The notes beneath the pieces were generated by a model. That model had not been told where the DNA came from, ran no database searches, and saw nothing but the letters and a program-made list of their open reading frames with translations. Positions 51,213 to 62,723 of a stretch of DNA of 64,000 nucleotides are shown here, piece by piece. The stretch comes from Candidatus Multivorans sp. GTDB lineage: Bacteria > Acidobacteriota > Thermoanaerobaculia > Multivoradales > Multivoraceae. A program made the translations under genes and the position numbers. The stretch covers positions 4,192,001-4,256,000 of the forward strand of contig OZ245033.1 of the NCBI GenBank assembly GCA_965224025.1. The letters are read 5' to 3'. Each line of letters starts with the position of its first letter. Position 1 is the stretch's first letter.

Positions 51213-51289
51213 TCTTCTAGTCTGCATTACTCTCATGACGTACGCAAGGCCACGCCCCCATCCCTTCTCACCGACCGGGGAGTTCGCCT

Positions 51290-51824
51290 GCCGGTTCGTG
51301 TGCCCGGCACGTACCGCACTCTTAGGGCTCGTCCAGAACGTCTGCGGGAGCTGCTTGCCGGCTCGCCCCACAGCCGTGACGTCGTGGTCGACGAGGTGCA
51401 GCGCGTGCCGGAGGTCCTGACCGTCGTCCACTCAGTGCTGGAAGAGCCCGACCCGGAGTCGGCGTTACGAGAGCGGACATTGGCCGACTACCCTACCGTT
51501 GCGCTGCGAGAACTCCTCCTGAACGCAATCATGCACCGCACCGACGAGTCCAACGCTCCCGTGCGGTTCTCCTGGTACGACGATCGCATCGAGATCCAAA
51601 GCGTAGGCGGGCTGTACGGTGCGGCCTCACGCGAGAACTTCCCACGGCAAACCGACTACCGCAATCCAGTTCTCTCCGAAGCGCTCGCCACGCTCGGCTA
51701 CGTGAATCAGTTCGGCCGCGGAGTCGTCCGAGCCCAGGAAGCGCTCCGTCGCAACGGAAACCCGGAGGCCGAATTCACCTTCGAGCCTGATCACGTGCTC
51801 GTCACGATACGGAGACAAGCGTGA
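51290..51824 (+). pseudogene. Chimeric remnant: AAA_14-type ATPase fragment fused to the C-terminus of an HATPase_c_4 (AlbA_2-associated) protein
   Basis: VVVDEVQRVPEVL (Walker B with no Walker A) joined to YPTVALRELLLNAIMHR..RNPVLSEAL..GRGV. Confidence 0.6.
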
Positions 51825-52318
51825 AGACGATCGTCTTCTTCACCAACAAAGGAGGCGTCGACAAGACGACTCTCGTCTACCACCTCGCGTGGATGTACTC
51901 TGAGATCGGGTACTCGGTGTTAGCCGCAGACTTCGACCCGCAGGCGAACCTGAGCACCTACCTTCTCGACGAGGAACGGCTGGAAGAGCTATGGCCGGAC
52001 GGCGAGCACCATGACAGTGTTCTCGGCGCCGTCTCCCCCATATTGAAGGGTCTTGGCGACATTCGAGATCCGCACGTCGAGCACATCACGAACAATCTCG
52101 GATTGCTGGTCGGCGACCTAGGGCTGTCCAGGTTCGAGAAGAAACTATCCGCAGCCTGGCCCGACTGTCTGGACGGTGACGAATCGGCGTTCCGCGCCGA
52201 GTCGGTACTTCATCGGCTCACGCTCCGCGCTGCCAGACAACTGGACGCAGACTTGGTGCCGACCAATCGCTATCCGCTGATCTCAATCTGGCACTTGTCC
52301 CGAACAAGCCGGCGCTGA
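51821..52318 (+). pseudogene. Truncated ParA-family ATPase
   Basis: NKGGVDKTT (degenerate Walker A), DFDPQANL; ends before the Walker B region. Confidence 0.7.
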
Positions 52319-52324
52319 AACCGG

Positions 52325-52693
52325 TCAGCGCAGGCGGTCGATCCGCCGCCGGTCGCGCTTGGTCGGGCGGCCGGCGCCGCGGCTCCGGTGGGCCGTCGGC
52401 AGCGCCACGAACGCGTCGCGAGGCGGCGGCTCCGGCTTCGGCGGGCTCAGGTCCTCGTAGAGCCGCGGCGCTTCGGCCTTCGGCAGCGGTCGATCGCGCA
52501 GTTCGCGAACGACCAGGATCCGCTGCCAGTCGTCGCGGGCCTTGATCTCGACGCGGTCGCCCACCGCAAGCCGGCGATGAGGCTTGGCCTGCTGGCCGTT
52601 CACCGTGACCCGGCCGGAGGTGCAGGCCTCGGCCGCCTTCGAACGGGCCCGGAACATCCGCGACACCTGCAGCCACTTGTCGAGGCGGTTCAA
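52325..52693 (-). CDS. S4-domain RNA-binding protein, Hsp15/HslR-like
   Basis: RLDKWL..RMFRARSKAAEAC..GRVTVNG, GRPTKRDRR. Confidence 0.88.
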   Translation of the reverse strand: MNRLDKWLQVSRMFRARSKAAEACTSGRVTVNGQQAKPHRRLAVGDRVEIKARDDWQRILVVRELRDRPLPKAEAPRLYEDLSPPKPEPPPRDAFVALPTAHRSRGAGRPTKRDRRRIDRLR

Positions 52694-52759
52694 GGCTCCG
52701 ATTCCACACCGTGAGCATGTCCGCGTGGCGCCACATCAGCGCCTGGAGCAGCGTGCCAG

Positions 52760-53855
52760 TCACCGCAATTCAAGACGATGGGTCCTCCGGATCCTCTGAA
52801 TGTCCCCCTTCTCCACGCCGCCTCGGATGCGAACGAGGGCCAGTTGGCGACCGCATCGAGCACCCGATCGATGGCGCGACGAGCTCGTGGTCTCTTCAAC
52901 CCGGAGGTCTCAGCAAATCTGAGCAGGTCGTCGCGTTCGAAACCGCGGCGCTTGCCCGCCATGCTCATCTGGTGTTGGTCTGTCCACGGGCCTCGCCGGT
53001 TGTAAGAGTACGTCACGTCGTAGGCCGGCGACAGCCGCCATTCCCCGCGGCGATTCATCAGAAACGCCATGTTCTTCACATGATCGTCCTGGTTCCGCGC
53101 GACGATGAGTGGCGCCTGCCGCCTTCAAAATACAGCCGGCATTCCGACATCTCGATCCCGGCCTCGCACGCCATCAGGTGATACGCGTACTCGATCCGCC
53201 CGTAGCCCAGCGGATCCGCCAGTTCGCGGTCGCGGTTGCTGGTGACGCCGTCGAACTTCAGGATCCAATGCTCGAAGCCGGCTTTCGTGTCCACCTTGCC
53301 GGACCGGAACTCGCCCGTGGCCCGATTCCAGGCGAGCACCGCCTTCGGCCGGGCCCCGCCCGCGGACGTTCCCACGCTGAGGAGGTCCTCGAGCGCCTCG
53401 CGGTCGTCGAGCCGGCCGGACACACGGCGCCGTTCGTCGAGAACCCGATTGGCAAGATCGACGAGTCGAGCGATCTCCACTTCGTCGCGCGGGTTCCCCC
53501 TGGACTCCGCCGGCTGGAACTCCAATGCCCCCAAGCCGCGCGTGCCGATGTAGCAGAGACGGTCCACCGGATTGAAGCTCTCGGCACTCCGTTCGGTCTC
53601 CGCCAGCCAGACATCGATCAGTATGTTGCCGAAACGGTCCGGCAGCGAGTCCGCCACGAGGCCCGGCAAGCCCATGAACGAGTCCCCGAGCGCGGGAAAC
53701 TCGTAGGTCCCTTCACGCGCAGGCATCGCCAGCGGAAAGACCTCGATGCCGGCCATCAAGAACGCGTCGTCGTACTGGAAGACCCCGACTTCCCGCCCGG
53801 CTCGCAGTCCTACGTTGTTCGTTCCCATACTGCCGCTATTCCTAGGACATTGCAA
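52760..53855 (-). pseudogene. hipA: HipA kinase toxin with internal deletion and frameshifts
   Basis: DSLPDRFG, GTSAGGARPK, ILKFDG, IEYAY. GGRRH jumps to IVARNQDDHVKN in another frame, and a second frameshift lies near 52820. Confidence 0.85.
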
Positions 53856-54055
53856 GAGGCTATAAGTTGCCGTTTATCGACAGAAACTAGTATTTGTCAG
53901 CCATGTTTGGCCTCTTACAAACGACAAATACAAGGAGGCCCCGGGGCGCTCCCCTACCGCGGCAGCACTCCCAGAGGCCCGCGCACCCAGTTTCTGCCCC
54001 GCAGCCTCCCAGGGCGCCAAAACGTCCCCGGCGGTGCGCCGCGGACCGCCCCCGG

Positions 54056-55888
54056 CTAACGCTTCCCGCGCCGCGGCAGGTAGAGGTCGGTGATCGTGCC
54101 CTCGTACGCCTCGGCGGCGAAGGCAATCGTCTCGGAGAGGGTCGGATGGGGGTGGACGGTGAGCGCCAGGTCGGCCGCATCCGCGTTCATCTCGATCGCC
54201 AGGGCCGCCTCGGCGATCAGGTCGCCCGCGTTGACGCCCACGATGCCGGCGCCCACGACACGGCCGGTGCCGGGGTCGAACAGCAGCTTGGTCAGGCCTT
54301 CCGCCCGGCCCAGGGTCAGGGCGCGGCCGGAAGCGCCCCACGGGAAGACGGCCTTCTCGTAGGCCGTGCCGTTCTGTCGTGCCTCGGTCTCGGTGAGGCC
54401 CACCCAGGCGACCTCCGGATCGGTGTAGGCCACGGACGGGATCACCCGCGCTTCGAAGCCGCTCTTCTCCCCCGCCGCCACCTCGGCGGCGACCTTGCCC
54501 TCGTGGGTCGCCTTGTGCGCCAGCATCGGTCCGGGCACGAGGTCGCCGATCACGAAGATGTGCGGCACGTTGGTCCGCTGCTGGTCGTCGACCGGAACGA
54601 AGCCCTGCTCGTCGACCAGAACGCCCGCGGCCTCGGCGCCGAAGCGGTCGCTGTTGGGACGGCGGCCGACCGCGACCAGGAAGCGCCCGAACAGGCCGGA
54701 GCGGGACTCGCCGTCGTCACCCTCCATCGACACCATGAGGCCGTTCTTCTGGGCCTTGACGCCGGTCACGCGGGTTGCCGTGTGGATGTTCTCCAGGCGG
54801 CCGGCCAGCCGGCGCTGGAGCGGACGCACCAAGTCGCGGTCGACCCCGGTCAGCAGTTGCGGCAGCAGCTCGACGACGGTCACCCGGTAGTCCAGGGCGG
54901 CGTAGACCGTCGCCATCTCCAGCCCGATGATGCCGCCGCCGACCACCAGAAGCCGCCCGTCCGGCTCGAACTCGGGGTCGAGTTCCAGCGCGTCGGTCGA
55001 ATCCCATACCCGCGGGTCGCCGTCCGGCAAGCCCGGGATCATCGCCGGGCGCGAGCCGACCGCGACGATCGCCTGCCCGAAGGTCAGGGTGCGCCGGCCG
55101 CCGGCCGCATCCTCGACCTCGACCTCGTGGGGACCGACGAAGCGGCCATGGCCCCGTACAACCTCGACTTTGCGCCGCTCGGCGAGTTGCGCGAGACCGC
55201 CGGTCAAGCGGCCCACTACCTCGTTCTTCCAATCGCCAAGCTTGGCTCGGTCGATGGCGGGCTCGCCGAAGTCGATGCCTTGGGTGGCGAACTCGGCCGC
55301 CTCGTCGATCACGCGGCCGGCGTGCAGCAGTGCCTTCGAGGGAATGCAGCCGACGTTCAGGCACACGCCCCCGAGCTTTGCGTGCGGCTCCACCAGCACG
55401 ACCCGGCGGCCCAGGTCGGCGGCGCGGAAGGCGGCGGTGTAGCCGCCAGGGCCCGCGCCCAGCACCAGGACTTCGGCGTCGACCGGTCCTGACGGCCCGG
55501 TGCTCGCGGCGGCCTGCGCAGGCCGAACGGGTACCGGTTTCTCGACGGGCGCGGCGGCAGCCTCCTCTATCGCCCGACCCCCCGGCGCCGCGGGCGGCGC
55601 ATGCGGATGCCGCGGCCGCTCGGCGCGCTGGTCGGGGTGCGACTCGTCCTCTGCGTCGAGCACCACGATCAGATCCCCTTCCGCCACCTTGTCGCCGAGC
55701 GACACCGCCACCTCGAGAACGACGCCGCTGTGGGTCGACGGCACCTCCATCGACGCCTTGTCGCTCTCGATCGTGATCAGTCCGGCATCGACGTCGACGT
55801 GCTCGCCCGGCGAGACGAGCACTTCGACCACGTCGACGGAGTCGAAGTCGCCGATGTCGGGTACGACGATGCGGATTGGTTCGGCCAT
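54056..55888 (-). CDS. lpdA: Dihydrolipoamide dehydrogenase with N-terminal lipoyl domain
   Basis: IESDKASME, GAGPGGY, GGVCLNVGCIPSK, HPHPTLSE. Confidence 0.96.
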   Translation of the reverse strand: MAEPIRIVVPDIGDFDSVDVVEVLVSPGEHVDVDAGLITIESDKASMEVPSTHSGVVLEVAVSLGDKVAEGDLIVVLDAEDESHPDQRAERPRHPHAPPAAPGGRAIEEAAAAPVEKPVPVRPAQAAASTGPSGPVDAEVLVLGAGPGGYTAAFRAADLGRRVVLVEPHAKLGGVCLNVGCIPSKALLHAGRVIDEAAEFATQGIDFGEPAIDRAKLGDWKNEVVGRLTGGLAQLAERRKVEVVRGHGRFVGPHEVEVEDAAGGRRTLTFGQAIVAVGSRPAMIPGLPDGDPRVWDSTDALELDPEFEPDGRLLVVGGGIIGLEMATVYAALDYRVTVVELLPQLLTGVDRDLVRPLQRRLAGRLENIHTATRVTGVKAQKNGLMVSMEGDDGESRSGLFGRFLVAVGRRPNSDRFGAEAAGVLVDEQGFVPVDDQQRTNVPHIFVIGDLVPGPMLAHKATHEGKVAAEVAAGEKSGFEARVIPSVAYTDPEVAWVGLTETEARQNGTAYEKAVFPWGASGRALTLGRAEGLTKLLFDPGTGRVVGAGIVGVNAGDLIAEAALAIEMNADAADLALTVHPHPTLSETIAFAAEAYEGTITDLYLPRRGKR

Positions 55889-55903
55889 GGCTAGGGCGTC
55901 AAT

Positions 55904-55933
55904 GGATGCGGGCGAGACGCCCGCGTTCCCAGG
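55904..55933. repeat. REP-like unit (family A) between aceF and lpdA
   Basis: GGATGCGGGCGAGACGCCCGCGTTCCCAGG. Confidence 0.8.
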
Positions 55934-55979
55934 CCGGACAGGATGCCGGCTTTCCCAGGAGCATCTTTCGTCCCCATCG

Positions 55980-57287
55980 TCAGAGCACGATCCGGCGGAT
56001 GTCGGCCAGCACCGAGCACAGGTGGGTGGTGAAGCGGACCGCGTAGGCGCCGTCGATCACCCGGTGGTCGTAGGAGAGCGAGACCGGCAGCATGAGCCGC
56101 GGCGCCAGACCGGCGCCGACGTAGACCGGCCGCCGCACCGAGCGCGACACGCCCAGGATGCCGACCTCCGGCGCGTTGACGATCGGCGTGAAGGCCGTGC
56201 CGCCGATGCCGCCGAGACTCGAGATCGTGAAGGCGGCGCCCTGGATGTCGGCGGGTCTGAGCTTCCGCTCGCGGGCCCGGCCGCTGACCTCGGCCAACTC
56301 CCCGGCCAGTTCGTACACGGTCTTCCGGTCTACCTCGCGCACCACGGGCACGACGAGACCGTCCGGTGTGTCGACGGCGACACCCAGGTTGTAGTAGCGC
56401 TTGAGGACCAGAGATTCTCCGTCCGGGGCGAGCGACGAGTTCATCTCCGGGAACTCGGCCAGCGACGCCGCGACCGCCTTCATCAGAAAGGCCAGCAGGG
56501 TGAGCCGGACACCGCGCTCCCGCGCCTCCTCGAGATGCTCCCGGCGAAAGGCCTCCAGGTCCGTGATGTCGGCCTCGTCGTGCTGGGTCACGTGCGGCAC
56601 GTTGAGCCAGCTCCGATGGAGGCTTGCCGCAGACAGCTTGCGGATGCGGCTGAGCGGCTTCGACTCGACCGGCCCGAACTTCGAGAAGTCGATCTCCGGG
56701 ACCGGCGGGATGCCGGCGCCCGCCGTCCGGGGTCCGCCGCCGGTCATCACCCGCTTGACGAAGCCTTCGACATCCTCGCGCAGGATCCGCCCCTTGGCGC
56801 CGCTGCCCGACACCCTCCGCAGGTCGACGCCGAGCATGCGCGCGAACCGCCGCACCGCGGGGCTGGCGTGGGGCGGGCTCGCCGAGGCGGCCGGCACCGC
56901 GGCGGCGGCCGGCGGCCGGCGGCGTACGCGCCGCGACGGACGCGGGGTCTCGGTGGCGGCGGGCGGGGCCGGCGGCGGTGATTCAGCAGGAGCTGCCGCT
57001 TCGACCGCTTCCGCCGCCTTCTCCGCTGGAGCGTCCACCGGCGCGTCCGTCGCCTCGATCGTGAGGATCAGGTCGCCTTCCGCGACCTGGCCGCCGATCG
57101 CGACCGCGATCTCCACCACCCGGCCCGCCTCCGGCGACGGCACCTCCATCGACGCCTTGTCGCTCTCGATCGTGATCAGCGACTGGTCGACCGACACCTC
57201 GTCGCCGACGCCGACCAGGACCTCGACCACGTCGACCTGGTCGAAGTCGCCGATGTCGGGGACGACGACGGAAAGCGTCTCGCTCAC
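55980..57287 (-). CDS. aceF: Pyruvate dehydrogenase E2 (one lipoyl domain)
   Basis: ESDKAS, HASPAVRRFAR, DHRVIDG. Confidence 0.95.
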   Translation of the reverse strand: MSETLSVVVPDIGDFDQVDVVEVLVGVGDEVSVDQSLITIESDKASMEVPSPEAGRVVEIAVAIGGQVAEGDLILTIEATDAPVDAPAEKAAEAVEAAAPAESPPPAPPAATETPRPSRRVRRRPPAAAAVPAASASPPHASPAVRRFARMLGVDLRRVSGSGAKGRILREDVEGFVKRVMTGGGPRTAGAGIPPVPEIDFSKFGPVESKPLSRIRKLSAASLHRSWLNVPHVTQHDEADITDLEAFRREHLEEARERGVRLTLLAFLMKAVAASLAEFPEMNSSLAPDGESLVLKRYYNLGVAVDTPDGLVVPVVREVDRKTVYELAGELAEVSGRARERKLRPADIQGAAFTISSLGGIGGTAFTPIVNAPEVGILGVSRSVRRPVYVGAGLAPRLMLPVSLSYDHRVIDGAYAVRFTTHLCSVLADIRRIVL

Positions 57288-59953
57288 GCGGTGGCCGGGT
57301 TCGGTGCGTTCGGGTCGATGCCGTAGGCCGCAATCGCTTTCGCCGGCGCTTCGGAGTCGACTTCTCCGTTGTCGGCCAAGGAGGCGAGCGCCGCGACCAC
57401 GATGTGCCTGCGGTCAACCTCGAAGAAGGAGCGCAACTGCTCGCGGGTGTCGCTGCGACCGAAACCGTCGGTGCCGAGCGTCCGGTACGGACCGGGGACG
57501 AAGCCGCGAATCTGGTCGGTGAAGACCTTCATGTAGTCGCTCGCGGCGACGGTCACGCCGCCGCGCCCGGTCAGGCACCGGCGGACGTAGGACACTCTCT
57601 CCTCTTCGCCCGGATGCAGACGGTTCCAGCGCTCGACCTCGATGCCGTCGCGCCGCAGCTCGTTGAAGCTGGTCGCCGACCAGACTTCGGCGGACACCTT
57701 CCAGTCCGCCTCCAGCATCTCGGCCGCCGCCTCCGCCTCGCGCAGGATCGCTCCCGAGGCGAGCAGCGTGGCGCGCCTCTGGTGCCGCGATCCCGGCCGG
57801 ATCCGGTGCAGGCCGCGCCGGATGCCCTCTTCGGCGCCGGCCCGCATCCTGGGATGCTCGTAGTTTTCGTTCAGCGTCGTCAGGTAGTAGAAGACCGGCG
57901 CCTCCTCGGCGTACATCCGTTGCAAACCGTCCTGGAGGATCACCGCGAGTTCGTAGGCGTAGGTCGGGTCGTAGGAGATGCAGTTCGGGACCGTCGAGGC
58001 GGCCAGGTGGCTGTGGCCGTCCTGGTGCTGCAGGCCCTCGCCGTTCAGCGTCGTCCGCCCCGACGTGCCGCCGATCAGGAAGCCCCGGGCCTGCATGTCG
58101 GCCGCGGCCCAGATCAGGTCGCCAACCCGCTGGAACCCGAACATCGAGTAGAAGATGAAGAACGGGATCATGTGGAAGCCGTGGTTGGCCGCCGAGGTGC
58201 CCGCCGCCATCCAGGAACAGAGCGACCCGGCCTCGTTGATCCCCTCCTGCAGGATCTGACCGTCCCGGGCCTCCTTGTAGGGCGCGATCTTGTGCGCGTC
58301 GACCGGTTCGTAGAGCTGGCCCGTCGGAGCGTAGATGCCGAGTTGCCGGAACATGCCCTCCATGCCGAAGGTGCGCGCCTCGTCGGCGACGATAGGCACC
58401 AGGCGATTGCGGATCGCGGGATCCCGCGTGAGCAGCGTGAACAGGCGCACGAACGCCATCGTGGTCGAGAACCGGCGGCCCCGGCTCGACCGCAGCAGGG
58501 CGTCGAAAGCGTCCAGCTCCGGCACGTCCAGCGAAGTAGCGGCAACCGTCCGCGCCGGCAGGTAGCCGCCCAGGGCCTCGCGCCGCTCCTTCAGATACCG
58601 GATCTCCGGGCTGTCGTCCGGCGGCCGGTAGAAGGGGGTCTCCTCCAGCTCCTCGTCGGAGACCGGGATGTCGAGCCGGTCGCGGTATCCGGTCAGCGCC
58701 CGCAGACCCATCTTCTTCTGTTGGTGGGTGATGTTCATCCCCTCGCCGGCCTCGCCCATTCCGTAGCCCTTGACCGTCTTGGCCAGAATGACCGTCGGCT
58801 GCCCCGTGTGCCGCACCGCCGCCGCGTAGGCGGCGTAGATCTTGTGCGGGTCGTGCCCGCCGCGGTTGAGGCGCCAGATGTCCTCGTCGGTGAGGTGGGC
58901 CACCATCGCCTTGAGTTCCGGGTACTTGCCGAAGAAGTGCTCGCGCACGAAGCCGCCGTCCTGGCTCGCCTTGTACGCCTGGTACTCGCCATCGACCGCC
59001 TCCTCCATGCGCCGCCGCAGCAGCCCGTGGCGGTCGCGGGCGAGCAGGGGATCCCAGTACGACCCCCAGACCAGCTTGATCACGTTCCAGCCGGCGCCGC
59101 GGAACACGGCTTCCAACTCCTGGATGATCTTGCCGTTGCCGCGCACCGGGCCATCGAGCCGCTGGAGGTTGCAGTTGACGACGAAGATCAGGTTGTCGAG
59201 CTTCTCCCGCGAGGCCAGGGAGATGGAGCCCAGCGACTCCGGCTCGTCCATCTCCCCGTCGCCCATGAAGGCCCATACCTTGCGACCCTCGGTGTCCACG
59301 AGGCCGCGGTTGTGCAGGTACTTCATGAACCGGGCCTGGAAGATCGCCATCAGCGGCCCGAGGCCCATGGACACCGTCGGATACTGCCAGAAGCCCGGCA
59401 TCAACCAGGGATGGGGATAGGACGAGAGGCCTCCCGGCCCCGCCTCGCGCCGGAAGCTGAGCAGGTCCTCCTCGCTCAGGCGGCCCTCGAGGAAGGCGCG
59501 GGCGTAGATCCCGGGCGACGAGTGGCCCTGGATCATGACCAGGTCGCCGCCATGGTCCGCGGACGGAGCGTGGAAGAAGTGGTTGAAGCCCACGTCGTAG
59601 AGCGTCGCGGCGGAGGCAAACGACGCGATGTGCCCGCCGAGCCCCTCGTACTCCTGGTTCGCCCGCACGACCATCGCCATCGCGTTCCAGCGGATGATGC
59701 TGCGGATCCGCCACTCCAGATCCGCGTCACCCGGCGACGGTTCCTGAGCCCGGACCGGGATCGTGTTCAGGTAGGCGGTCGTCGCCTTGTAGGGCAGGTA
59801 GGCGCCGGAGCGGCGCGCCTTCTCGACCAGAGCTTCGAGCAGGTAGTGGGCGCGCTCGGGACCCTCGCGCTCCATCACCGCTTCCAGGGCTTCCAGCCAC
59901 TCGGCGGTTTCCGCCGGATCGACGTCCTGGCGCGCCTTGAGGTTGGGGTCCAT
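57284..59953 (-). CDS. aceE: Pyruvate dehydrogenase E1, homodimeric type
   Basis: GGHIASF, GDGEMDEPES, NCNLQRLDGPV, GEGLQHQDGHS. Confidence 0.96.
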   Translation of the reverse strand: MDPNLKARQDVDPAETAEWLEALEAVMEREGPERAHYLLEALVEKARRSGAYLPYKATTAYLNTIPVRAQEPSPGDADLEWRIRSIIRWNAMAMVVRANQEYEGLGGHIASFASAATLYDVGFNHFFHAPSADHGGDLVMIQGHSSPGIYARAFLEGRLSEEDLLSFRREAGPGGLSSYPHPWLMPGFWQYPTVSMGLGPLMAIFQARFMKYLHNRGLVDTEGRKVWAFMGDGEMDEPESLGSISLASREKLDNLIFVVNCNLQRLDGPVRGNGKIIQELEAVFRGAGWNVIKLVWGSYWDPLLARDRHGLLRRRMEEAVDGEYQAYKASQDGGFVREHFFGKYPELKAMVAHLTDEDIWRLNRGGHDPHKIYAAYAAAVRHTGQPTVILAKTVKGYGMGEAGEGMNITHQQKKMGLRALTGYRDRLDIPVSDEELEETPFYRPPDDSPEIRYLKERREALGGYLPARTVAATSLDVPELDAFDALLRSSRGRRFSTTMAFVRLFTLLTRDPAIRNRLVPIVADEARTFGMEGMFRQLGIYAPTGQLYEPVDAHKIAPYKEARDGQILQEGINEAGSLCSWMAAGTSAANHGFHMIPFFIFYSMFGFQRVGDLIWAAADMQARGFLIGGTSGRTTLNGEGLQHQDGHSHLAASTVPNCISYDPTYAYELAVILQDGLQRMYAEEAPVFYYLTTLNENYEHPRMRAGAEEGIRRGLHRIRPGSRHQRRATLLASGAILREAEAAAEMLEADWKVSAEVWSATSFNELRRDGIEVERWNRLHPGEEERVSYVRRCLTGRGGVTVAASDYMKVFTDQIRGFVPGPYRTLGTDGFGRSDTREQLRSFFEVDRRHIVVAALASLADNGEVDSEAPAKAIAAYGIDPNAPNPATA

Positions 59954-60088
59954 GTACATCTCTTTGCTGCCCAAGGGCTTCCGGCGCGCGCTCCGCGCGA
60001 CCCCAGGGCGTCCGATTCTACCCGCCCGAAGTCTCCCAACCGGCTCTGGGCAACAGCGGTGAGCGCGCACGGATTCCCCGACTGCTAA

Positions 60089-62116
<2,028 letters not shown>

Positions 62117-62117
62117 G

Positions 62118-62405
62118 GACTCAGGCCGCCACCCGCAGCCCGCCGCGAAGTCGCCACGCATCGCGGACGCAGGAAGACAGAGTCTTCACCCAGGGCAGGC
62201 GCCAGGATTCTCGATACAAACCTCTGCTCGGTCCGGCCCTCGCAGACAACCGTGACGTCGATCAAGGCGCAGGCCCACCACCCACGACACCCATCTGCCA
62301 CAAGGCGCCCAGCGAGTAGTCCTCGAGCCAGTCCTTCAAGGAGCTACTGTCGAGCCTCCGAAAGGTGGAGATGCCGTCATCCGCCTCCACGCGGTGGACT
62401 ACGAG
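62118..62405 (-). pseudogene. Remnant of AAA/ABC ATPase C-terminus coupled to a DUF4276 (TOPRIM-like) N-terminus
   Basis: STFRRLD..LKDWLEDYSLGALW..GG.P* overlaps (TTGA) LIDVTVVCEGRTEQRFV..ILAP. Confidence 0.6.
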
Positions 62406-62554
62406 GCGGTGGGAGATCCCGAAGGAGAAGGGCGGTCTCAAGGGCCGCGATCTGGCCGCGCTCGGCCTGCCCACTCTCGAGCACTACCGCGACGCGTACT
62501 GCCGCGAGTTCTCACGCGAAAGAGGTAGGCGAATCGGTGCCGCGCACCGCGGGT

Positions 62555-62704
62555 GACGTCCGCGAGGGCGTGATCACCTACAAGATCGCCGCCCACGCCG
62601 CCGAGAAGGGGCTCGAAGACGCCGAGGCGATCACCGCGGGGTTGCAGGAGAAGGCCGGCGAGTTCAAGCGGGCCGGCGGCGAGGTCTATCTGTCGGCGAA
62701 GTAG
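62555..62704 (+). pseudogene. Duplicated, internally deleted 3' end of thiC
   Basis: Matches 61733-61782 joined to 62007-62116 via ACGCCGCCGA, with several substitutions. Confidence 0.9.
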
Positions 62705-62723
62705 GAGGCGGCTAACAGAGGGT

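Noticed and set aside
55735-57260. Near-identical DNA in the 5' parts of lpdA and aceF
   Set aside because: Explained by homologous lipoyl domains, a well-known architecture.
57404-60088. Long antisense ORFs (also 2187-4310, 11652-13748, 24816-26876, 38578-40935, 40235-42460, 60095-61798)
   Set aside because: These are shadow frames of high-GC genes with no recognisable motifs.
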